Shown here: piece after piece, positions 34,669-42,003 of the stretch
How the letters are laid out: every line of letters begins with the position of its first letter
Position numbering within the stretch: position 1 is the first letter of the stretch
Assembly (NCBI GenBank): GCA_001788965.1
Contig: MFXU01000014.1
Coordinates: forward strand, 1 to 42,003
DNA from: Candidatus Peribacteria bacterium RIFCSPHIGHO2_02_FULL_51_15
GTDB taxonomy: Bacteria > Patescibacteriota > Gracilibacteria > Peribacterales > Peribacteraceae
DNA: 42,003 bases
Direction: 5' to 3'
Made by a program: the position numbers and the translations under genes
The notes under the pieces: generated by a model
Seen by the model: the letters and a program-made list of their open reading frames with translations, nothing else
What the model was told of the DNA's origin: nothing
Databases searched by the model: none

Positions 34669-37212
34669 TCAGCCTGTCTTCAACTGGCTGAAGATGTCCG
34701 GCCTATCCTCGCCGGCGAACCACCTGTTGGTCAATGTATCGACCGTTGACCAGAGCTCCGCGCCGCCCGAACTGGCGGCCACTTGCAGAGTGGAAGTCAG
34801 CGAGAGGTCGGCCTTCCCATAATCGGCAGTGACGATGAAGGTTTCCGACTGGCCGGCCGCGATAGTCACGTCGATCCCCGACAGATTGATGTTGGGGGTC
34901 GTGACCTGAAGCAGGCCGGGAGCCAGGACCGTCACAAAACCAGGAACGCTGAGGCCGGGGTTCGCGGCATTCGCAACCCGGATGTTCGACAAGTCCACGT
35001 TCGTCGAGAAAACGAGAAACGCGAACTGCCTGAGGACGACGTCTTCCCTGCCATTCAGGGTGTTGTCGTTCATGGCAGCCGTGTACGTGAACGAGCCAAG
35101 CAGTTGATTTACCCCGGGCGTGAAAGCCGTGCCCGTGGGGTTCGCTACGACCGATTGGATTTCGGCCGTGACTATCACCTGCTCTTGGCCCACCAAGTCT
35201 GCGTTCGGCCCCGGGGCGGCGGCGAAAAAGATTTCGCCCCCCTGATCTACAAAATCCCCGTTGTTCGGATGCAGGACGCCATTGCTGTCATGCGCCCGGA
35301 CCGAAGCTTGGCCGCTTCCGTCGAAAGCCGAACTTACCAGAACCGGGAATACCGGTTCACCTGAAATGCCGCCCTGCGTGTCCGGAAGGAACACGCCGAC
35401 GACGACGATCAGGCTTTCCTGGCCGTCAGCGAGGGTAAACAAACCACTGCTTCCGTGAGCCAGGAACGTCCTGGCGCTGCGGCTAAAGTAGCTTGTCGGG
35501 ACTGCGCCAGTTGCGACGTTGGCCGTCGCGAAGGCAACAGTCGAGCCATCGCGGAAGAATTTCAGCGACGACTCTCCGAGGCCAAGAACCGTTGTGATGA
35601 ACAAGTCATCGACGGTCACCGCGCCCCCCACCGCCCGAAGCCGGAATGACATAATGCGTTCTTCGGTCCCGGCTAAATGCTTTAGGGGCTCAGGGACAGT
35701 CGAGTCCGGCAGAACGAATAAACTGGCACTCGGTTGCGGCGTAGGGTCGTCGGTGATGACGGCGACCACTTGCTGCATGCCGGACTCCGTGCCGTTGGTC
35801 ACGCCGGTAATATCGACCGCGATCGTTTCGCTGGTCTCAACCAGCGTGTCCTGGACCGCCGTCAAAGTGAGCGATCCGTTCAGGCTTCCCGCGGGGATCA
35901 CTATCTCAGAGCTACTGCGGGTATAGTCAGCGGCCAAAGTGGCGGTGCCTGAGAACCCCAGGTCCACCGTCACGTTTTGACCCGAAACGTTCGAGAGCGT
36001 GGCCCTAACTGTGGCAACGCCTCCCGCTTCGGCCATCGGCGATCCTGCCAATGACAACGTCACCGTTGGCGGCGGTTGCCCGCCGTCGAAGTTGAACACC
36101 GTCGTCTCTGCCGTCGTGACGACGATGTTGGCCCCTGTGATGCCGATACCGTCAACTTTCATGCCGACCAAGGCTCGGGGGTTGCTCTTCCCCGATTCCC
36201 TGGCCGATATGAAGTTGCCTGTATCGAGATCGAATGTCGCCGAAAGCGTTCCTGTCGGGTTGGCTACGATCTGATCCGCCATGAGGAAGAAGGTTTCCCT
36301 TCCCCACACGACGGAGTTTATGTGCGCTGTCAAATCGTCTCCAACGGGTCTCAGTCCACCAACCAACTTCGAATCCGGGTCACCATCACCATCTTCGTCT
36401 CCCCACACGGAGAAGACGGAGTTCACGACGTTTGCTGCTCCGTGAATCCTTATTTCGAACACAGAGTTTTCCAGCCGAACCGGATTTCCGAATTCGGCAT
36501 GGACATACGTGGTGAACGCCATCAGTTCCACGTTCTTCCGCCCCGGCGCGGCCGTAGCCGTAGCACCGAGGTCTTCCTGCACAACATCGAGCTGAGTCGG
36601 GGCGCCGATCAGATGACGCAGTGGTGGTGCGAAGTCGTAGCGCACCCTTTCCAGGTTCCTGTGCCCGCGGGTCTGGCGGACATTGACCCGTTTCAAGATC
36701 ATCGTCTCGGTCGTTCCCACAAGTCCCGCCTCTTTGACGGAGTAGCCCACGATGTACGTACCGGTCCCGCCGGGTTCGAGCAAATCCGTTTGACTTTCGG
36801 TCAGCGTGATCCATCCGTTGGATCTGCAGACCGAAACTTTCACCGGGACGGGCTCGAATGCACTGGTCGCGGCATTCAACTTACGCAGAAAGAATGCCTT
36901 GTCCGGAACGTTCCTAAGATCCGACTTCGGATTCATGAACGTCTGGACGCCGGCCACCCGATCTTCCCTTCCGTGGTTCCAAGACGACGTTACCGAAAAT
37001 TGTGTCCCGATGATGAATTGCTCTCCACCATCGATAACAACGGGTCGGTAAATGTTGTCCGAAACCGCTGGCGCTGCTGGCGGCGTAATAACGCTGATCG
37101 TCAGCAGCTGCCTTCCCTCCAGGGGTTCCACCCCCAGAGAGTGACTCAGTCCACGCTTTGGCGCGGACTTGCGGCGGGCTTTCGCCCACCTTCTTCCGAG
37201 GAACCATGTCAT
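34669..37212 (-). CDS. Large secreted/surface protein with a Calx-beta domain and Ig-like repeats
   Basis: ~847 aa from ATG 37212, which has AGGAGA 7 nt upstream. N-terminus MTWFLGRRWAKARRKS...LGVEPLEGRQLLT. Calx-beta-like block VTLSLAGSPMAEAGGVATVRATLSNVSGQNVTVDLGFSGTATLAADYTRS...IAVDITG. Confidence 0.8.
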   Translation of the reverse strand: MTWFLGRRWAKARRKSAPKRGLSHSLGVEPLEGRQLLTISVITPPAAPAVSDNIYRPVVIDGGEQFIIGTQFSVTSSWNHGREDRVAGVQTFMNPKSDLRNVPDKAFFLRKLNAATSAFEPVPVKVSVCRSNGWITLTESQTDLLEPGGTGTYIVGYSVKEAGLVGTTETMILKRVNVRQTRGHRNLERVRYDFAPPLRHLIGAPTQLDVVQEDLGATATAAPGRKNVELMAFTTYVHAEFGNPVRLENSVFEIRIHGAANVVNSVFSVWGDEDGDGDPDSKLVGGLRPVGDDLTAHINSVVWGRETFFLMADQIVANPTGTLSATFDLDTGNFISARESGKSNPRALVGMKVDGIGITGANIVVTTAETTVFNFDGGQPPPTVTLSLAGSPMAEAGGVATVRATLSNVSGQNVTVDLGFSGTATLAADYTRSSSEIVIPAGSLNGSLTLTAVQDTLVETSETIAVDITGVTNGTESGMQQVVAVITDDPTPQPSASLFVLPDSTVPEPLKHLAGTEERIMSFRLRAVGGAVTVDDLFITTVLGLGESSLKFFRDGSTVAFATANVATGAVPTSYFSRSARTFLAHGSSGLFTLADGQESLIVVVGVFLPDTQGGISGEPVFPVLVSSAFDGSGQASVRAHDSNGVLHPNNGDFVDQGGEIFFAAAPGPNADLVGQEQVIVTAEIQSVVANPTGTAFTPGVNQLLGSFTYTAAMNDNTLNGREDVVLRQFAFLVFSTNVDLSNIRVANAANPGLSVPGFVTVLAPGLLQVTTPNINLSGIDVTIAAGQSETFIVTADYGKADLSLTSTLQVAASSGGAELWSTVDTLTNRWFAGEDRPDIFSQLKTG

Positions 37213-37366
37213 GGTTCTTTCTCCTAACCATAAATTTACAAGGCACCGATGCTTTAAAGGAGCGTTGCTACAAGCCTCGCTCATTTTTGTCCGGACTAAG
37301 CCATCAGCGCCTGTAACAATCAGAAGATATAATAATATAACTCAAGAAAAGTCAATAGAAATTAAG

Positions 37367-37537
37367 GTAACTGCTCACTGAGTCTGAAATAAACTTGTGA
37401 GAAACAACCAGCAGCTCTTTGCGGAATAAATTCCGCTTTCTCGTGTTTAGTTAACCGCCGATTTAAATCGGCGGTTAACTAAGGGGAAAATAGCGAATTT
37501 ATTCGCCCGATAATCCGCAGCGTCAGTGAGCAGTTAC
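37367..37537. mobile_element. MITE copy D (same TIRs, unrelated interior)
   Basis: GTAACTGCTCACTGA ... TCAGTGAGCAGTTAC. Flanks AAATTAAG / AAATTAAT (7/8). The interior holds three perfect palindromes, including the 32-bp AGTTAACCGCCGATTTAAATCGGCGGTTAACT. Confidence 0.8.
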
Positions 37538-37756
37538 AAATTAATAAAATCGGGAGTTTTGAACGGAGCCTGGAGAGCACCGAAAAATGTTTATCTATAA
37601 GCCAAATGTTGGGTTTCTCCGCCTGTCAGTTTTATGTAAAAACATTGACATATTAGTCATTAAATGTGGTACGAAAATTGAGGGGGGTAAAATTAATACC
37701 TCGCTTGGGGCAAAGGAGAGTTTACTTTTGGGAAAAGATCGATCATTGGAAGTATC

Positions 37757-37978
37757 AAGGAACCTCTGAATAATTGTTAAATTGTTAAATTGTTAAGTTG
37801 TTAAGAATGTATAAAACGTGCGTTACGCTTGCGACCTTCGGCCAGCTCAGGTCGCCCGGAATGACACAGATGATTGTGCCAGATAAGGTCGCCCTGAGTT
37901 AAGCGAACGGGCGAACAATTTAGCCATTTAACAATTATGTCAGGGTAACAATAAAAAGCAGTTAATCAGAGGTTCCTT
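37757..37978. repeat. Octamer-word palindromic element nested inside a 13-bp outer inverted repeat
   Basis: The outer inverted repeat is AAGGAACCTCTGA (37757-37769) / TCAGAGGTTCCTT (37966-37978). The inner arms are aattgtta x3 agttgtta (37772-37805) and gaacaatttagccatttaacaatta (37913-37937). Confidence 0.8.
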
Positions 37979-37980
37979 AA

Positions 37981-38048
37981 GTATCAAGTATTCAGTATCG
38001 GGTATCCCGGATGATCGGCGGTCATACTCAATACTTGATACCTGATAC
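37981..38048. repeat. Heptamer-word palindrome (GTATCAA GTATTCA GTATCGG ... inverted arm)
   Basis: Left arm 37981-38006 and right arm 38026-38048 share GTATCAAGTATT in inverted orientation, immediately upstream of yebC. Confidence 0.75.
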
Positions 38049-38075
38049 TTTTTTAATGGTGTACAATTTCGATGC

Positions 38076-38828
38076 ATGTCCGGTCACAGCAAGTGGGCCA
38101 ATATCCGGGTACGGAAAACCGCGCAGGACGCGAGGCGGGGGAAGATTTATACGAAATATGCGAGACTCATCGAGATCGCCGCGCGGGAGGGCGGGGGAGA
38201 CCCGACGACGAATAACCGGCTTCGCGGACTCATCGAAACCGCCAAAGCCGACAGCGTGCCGAACGCCAATATCGACCGGGCGATAAAGAAAGGGACGGGA
38301 GCGCTGAAGGGTGAAGCCATGCAGGAGGTTCTGTACGAGGCTTACGGCCCGGGCGGGTCGGCGTTTATCATCGAATGTTTGACGGATAACCGCAACCGCA
38401 CGCTGGCCAATGTGAAGGCGACGATCAGCCGAAATGGCGGACGGTTCGCCGAGGCCGGATCGGTGACTTGGATGTTTGAGCGCCGGGGAGTGGTGGTTGC
38501 AGGCGGAGGGGATGCCGGGCTCGGGGAAAAAGTCGGCGATCCGAAAAAACTTGAGGACATAGAACTGGAACTCATCGATCAGGGTGCCGAAGATTTCGAT
38601 GCGACGGACGAACACCTGCAAGTGATTACCGATATGACCAAATGGACCCGGATACGGGATTTTCTGAAGGGTAAAGGGTTTTCAATCGAGTCCGCTGGGC
38701 TTCAGTATGTGCCGAAACAAACGGCGCCGGTGGACGCTTCGGCGATGCTCAAAGTCGAATCACTGGTAAATTCGCTTGAGGAGGACGAGGACGTGTCGGA
38801 AGTGCATACGAATGCGGTGGTGCAATAG
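38076..38828 (+). CDS. yebC: YebC/PmpR-family transcriptional regulator
   Basis: MSGHSKWANIRVRKTAQDARRGKIYTKYARLIEIAAREGGGDP...NANIDRAIKKG is the canonical YebC N-terminus. Confidence 0.93.
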   Translation: MSGHSKWANIRVRKTAQDARRGKIYTKYARLIEIAAREGGGDPTTNNRLRGLIETAKADSVPNANIDRAIKKGTGALKGEAMQEVLYEAYGPGGSAFIIECLTDNRNRTLANVKATISRNGGRFAEAGSVTWMFERRGVVVAGGGDAGLGEKVGDPKKLEDIELELIDQGAEDFDATDEHLQVITDMTKWTRIRDFLKGKGFSIESAGLQYVPKQTAPVDASAMLKVESLVNSLEEDEDVSEVHTNAVVQ

Positions 38829-39017
38829 GCGGATTTTATTTTTTTCAAGCCCGACCTGAAAATTGATAACATCAAAAATATAATACCTAATCATTGCAAC
38901 ACTGTGTCAAGTAGGTGATAATCAATCCGGATAAATTTTTTCAGGAATTTTCTTGTTGCGGTTCTATCGCTTCCCCAAGATTATGATTCCGTTTAAACGT
39001 CATAAGACCTGCATACC

Positions 39018-40787
39018 ATGCGCGCTTTCGCCACACTGCTCCGGGCCAGCTTCAGATACGCCGCGGGATTCCGCCGGTGGATCGTGCTGTATGTGATCTT
39101 TTTCGTCGTGGCCAACGGGCTTTCCATGGTTGAGCCGCTGATTGTCGGTAAAATTTTGAACAGCGTTCAGGAAATATCGACACTGCCCCATCCGATGCAG
39201 AGGCTGATCAATCTGTTTTTGATCATGCTCTCCCTGACGGTCGGTTTTTGGATATTCCACGGCCCGGCGCGGGTGATGGAAAACACCTGCGCGTTCAAAG
39301 TCCGGAACGCCTACAAAGATCACCTGTACCGAATCATCGTGTCGCTGCCGGTTAAGTGGCATCGGGAAAGCCACTCCGGCTCCACGATCAACCGCGTGGT
39401 CAAATCGACCCGGGCGCTGGATCATTTCATCTCCGACAGTTTCCAGTTCGTCGAGATGATAATGCGAATGGCGGGCTCGGTCATAGCTTTGGCGCTGATC
39501 TTCCCGGCAGCCGCGATCCTGGCCGTGATCGCCAGCATCATCGCGCTTTCGACCGTGTTCATTTTCGACACGTTTCTGCTCAAGCGCTACGACCAGATCA
39601 ACCAATACGAACATTCCACCGCTACGGCGCTGCATGATTACATCACCAACGTTTTCACGGTGATCACCTTGCGGTTGGAGGAACTCACGCGGACCGAAGT
39701 CTGGAAACGTATGTCGCACTATCTGCCTTTCTCCAGACGCACGTTCAAGATGAACGAATGGAAGTGGTTTTTGATGACTCTGCTGATCGGTCTGATGCAG
39801 ATCACGGTTCTGGCCTGGTATGCGTTTCGGGCTATCGGCAGCGGCGAAACACTGCTGGCCGGAACGTTTTTCATGTTGTACGAATACCTGCAGCGGATCG
39901 GAGGGGCTTTTTACACCTTTGCCTGGAAATATTCCGACACCATCGAGCAGTACGCGGATTTTATCTCGACTGCGCCGATACTCAGAGCCGAGCGGGCCGA
40001 TTATTATGTGATCCGGAATCTGCCGGAAGAGTGGCGGAAGATTGAGATACGGAATCTGAAGTTCACATATTCCGAAGGAGAGGACGTCCTGCGCAAGCTG
40101 CATCTGGATATCGATTCGATTGTTTTCGAGCGCGGCAAACGGGTCGCCTTGGTCGGGGAGAGCGGCAGCGGAAAAAGCACGGTTCTGAGTTTATTAAGGG
40201 GACTCATGACCACCGGTGAAGTCCAGGTGCTATGCGACGGGAAGACGCTGAAGCGCGGGCTTAAACATCTGGCCCCGCATGTCACGCTTATTCCGCAGGA
40301 CCCCGAGATCTTCGCCAATACGATCGAATACAACATCACGGTCGATACGAAGCAGAAGAAATCCGAACTTGAGGAAGATATCGAGCTGGCCCGCTTCACA
40401 TCCGTACTGGCGCGCCTGCCCAAAGGACTCAAAACCGATATTTCGGAAAAGGGCGTGAACTTGAGCGGCGGCGAGAAGCAGCGGCTGGCGCTGGCCCGCG
40501 GAATATTCGCGGCGAAGACCAGCGACTTCATCCTTCTCGATGAGCCCACGAGTTCCGTGGATCCCATGAATGAACGGCTGATTTATGAAAACCTGATGCG
40601 GAGGTTTTCCGACCGGTGCATCGTTTCATCGATCCACAAGCTGCATCTGCTGCCCATGTTCGACTGGGTTTATGTCTTCGATCACGGGAAAATAATCGCC
40701 CAGGGACAGCCTGCGGAATTACTGAAGGAGGGCGGTTCTTTGCATCATCTGTGGACACGGGAAATAAAAATACCGGGGGTATTGTAG
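39018..40787 (+). CDS. ABC exporter, fused permease/ATPase (MsbA-like)
   Basis: 589-aa ORF with a 6-TM N-terminal domain, Walker A GESGSGKST, signature LSGGEKQRLALAR and Walker B ILLDEPTSSVD. Confidence 0.92.
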   Translation: MRAFATLLRASFRYAAGFRRWIVLYVIFFVVANGLSMVEPLIVGKILNSVQEISTLPHPMQRLINLFLIMLSLTVGFWIFHGPARVMENTCAFKVRNAYKDHLYRIIVSLPVKWHRESHSGSTINRVVKSTRALDHFISDSFQFVEMIMRMAGSVIALALIFPAAAILAVIASIIALSTVFIFDTFLLKRYDQINQYEHSTATALHDYITNVFTVITLRLEELTRTEVWKRMSHYLPFSRRTFKMNEWKWFLMTLLIGLMQITVLAWYAFRAIGSGETLLAGTFFMLYEYLQRIGGAFYTFAWKYSDTIEQYADFISTAPILRAERADYYVIRNLPEEWRKIEIRNLKFTYSEGEDVLRKLHLDIDSIVFERGKRVALVGESGSGKSTVLSLLRGLMTTGEVQVLCDGKTLKRGLKHLAPHVTLIPQDPEIFANTIEYNITVDTKQKKSELEEDIELARFTSVLARLPKGLKTDISEKGVNLSGGEKQRLALARGIFAAKTSDFILLDEPTSSVDPMNERLIYENLMRRFSDRCIVSSIHKLHLLPMFDWVYVFDHGKIIAQGQPAELLKEGGSLHHLWTREIKIPGVL

Positions 40788-40813
40788 AGACGCCCCAATG
40801 GGGGCGTCTCTAC
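40784..40813. repeat. Conserved hairpin GTAGAGACGCCCC-loop-GGGGCGTCTCTAC, copy 2 of 2
   Basis: Same 13-bp stem as 7858-7886. The ABC-transporter stop codon TAG (40785-40787) lies inside the stem. Confidence 0.8.
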
Positions 40814-40871
40814 ACAATGGCCTGAAAAAGCCGCTGCTGTATAACAAAATAATAAATATGGCAGCGTCCTT

Positions 40872-42003
40872 TCAGGGGGCGGTGATGTTTGCGGATTCGG
40901 GGGAAGAACGGACGGAGGGAAGCTCGCCGAAGCGTATTTTCACCGTATCCGAAACGGTGTTGAAATATTCGTCGGTCAAAGTAACGGTGAGAGTATGCCC
41001 TTCCGTCAAATCGACAGAGCGCGGGACCCGAACCTGTCCCATAAACGGTTTTTCCGTAAATGTGGCCACCTTTTTACCGTCGATCGAAACGGTGACTTCT
41101 CTCACGTTCGAAGCCGAATCAATGTCAATCTGCGGCTTAAAAACCGGAGCCGAGACACTGACGCCTTCCTCGGGCGAGATGATTTTCATTTCCGGTTTGA
41201 TTAGGCGGCCGGGAGTGAGTGACGGATCACACTCTTTGGTTGGCGCCACAGGGAGAGGAAGCAGGGAACCGGAGTGATCGGGAGAAGCGTTCCACTTTTC
41301 CATTTGTTTTGCCGCCCATTCCAGGACGCCCTGCTCCCAGAGCGGCCAGCGGTCAGGAAGCTCGCTTTTCGGAACGAAAAACGGCCGCTCTTCCATGGCG
41401 TCAGCCGGACAAGACAGAGAGCTCAAGAGTCCCGTAAGCTTGTCCACTTTCAAAAGAACGCAGGAGTCGTCTTCGGTAAGCGGTGTTTTTTCCTCCAAAA
41501 ACAGGTCGGAAACCCTCAGGCTTATCGGCGTGCACGCCGAAGCCAGGCGCCCGGACAATTTTGAAACCAGCGGATGCGTCAGGCGTTCCGGATAGGTGAA
41601 TGCCTGCTTCGTATCTTTCAGTTTACGGTGGGCTTCGGCCATGTAGTCGTGCCAGATGGGTGCTGCTACGGTGAGTCCGTCGGCTTTCTCGAAGAGCGAC
41701 TGGCTGGTGGCATTGCCCACCCAGACGCCGGTGATCAGGTTCGGCGTGTAGCCTATGGTCCAGGTGCTTTCCGGCCGTCTCAGCGTGCAGACTTTCGAGG
41801 CATCCCGCTCCAGACATTTGTTGGAAGTGCCGGTTTTGGCGGCGGCCGAAAATCCCGGAATCGACAAGATAGATTTCCAATAATCGTTATCCGGGCGGGA
41901 ATTTACGTCGCTTAAAATTGATGTGATCTGGGCCGCAATCCTGGGATCCACGACCTGACGGGGGGCCTCGCCTTTCGGCATATACAGGATGTTGCCGGCT
42001 TTG
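40872..42003 (-). CDS. Class A penicillin-binding protein, C-terminal part (5' end beyond the window)
   Basis: The frame is open to the window edge (...KAGNILYMPKGEAP...). Transpeptidase KTG motif AAKTGTSNK. A ~130-aa beta-rich C-terminal extension follows. Confidence 0.85.
   Translation of the reverse strand, partial: KAGNILYMPKGEAPRQVVDPRIAAQITSILSDVNSRPDNDYWKSILSIPGFSAAAKTGTSNKCLERDASKVCTLRRPESTWTIGYTPNLITGVWVGNATSQSLFEKADGLTVAAPIWHDYMAEAHRKLKDTKQAFTYPERLTHPLVSKLSGRLASACTPISLRVSDLFLEEKTPLTEDDSCVLLKVDKLTGLLSSLSCPADAMEERPFFVPKSELPDRWPLWEQGVLEWAAKQMEKWNASPDHSGSLLPLPVAPTKECDPSLTPGRLIKPEMKIISPEEGVSVSAPVFKPQIDIDSASNVREVTVSIDGKKVATFTEKPFMGQVRVPRSVDLTEGHTLTVTLTDEYFNTVSDTVKIRFGELPSVRSSPESANITAP

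Noticed and set aside
37587-37769. 60-aa ORF in the AT-rich region between MITE D and the palindrome nest.
   Set aside because: Implausible composition, no start context, and it overlaps likely regulatory or repeat DNA.
38856-38884. Candidate promoter CTGAAA-17-TATAAT, 133 nt upstream of the ABC exporter.
   Set aside because: The -10 is perfect but the -35 is weak, the leader would be long, and there is no support beyond the hexamers. Kept as a note only.

Overview
This 42-kb window looks like it comes from a small-genome, CPR/Patescibacteria-like bacterium using the standard genetic code. That placement is an inference from gene content, pilin type, an atypical 16S and the lack of Shine-Dalgarno (SD) sequences. 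All coordinates, counts and alignments were worked out by eye; nothing was searched against a database.

Housekeeping genes: secA, tsaB, nusA, an exonuclease-DinG fusion, purH, sufB/sufD, rpsF-rpsR, yebC, an ABC exporter and a class A PBP that runs off the right edge.

Envelope genes: a GT2 glycosyltransferase, a WbaP-like sugar transferase and a large polytopic membrane protein.

Other coding content: a Phd/RelE toxin-antitoxin pair. One long minus-strand type IV pilus block (12685-23084) runs response regulator, pilB, pilC, LVIVD-propeller pseudopilin, PilX-like protein, minor pilin, two tandem major pilins, sensor kinase.

RNA genes: a solitary 16S rRNA with a 24-bp processing stem, RNase P RNA and tRNA-Thr(UGU).

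The non-coding DNA is unusually structured:
- A four-copy MITE (miniature inverted-repeat transposable element) family has 16-bp terminal inverted repeats (TIRs) and 8-bp target-site duplications (TSDs). Its termini sit in a fixed register upstream of predicted promoters: exactly 31 nt before TGCTAYAAT at three loci.
- A second, 135-bp MITE is present in two identical copies with TNA duplications.
- A family of palindromes has arms built from degenerate 7-9-nt tandem words. The same heptamer words also occur in frame inside tsaB, purH and the GT2 gene.

Other points: a GC-richer giant Calx-beta protein has a Planctomycete-style N-terminal motif and is the only gene seen with a clear SD. The suf genes are split by a MITE plus an orphan ORF.
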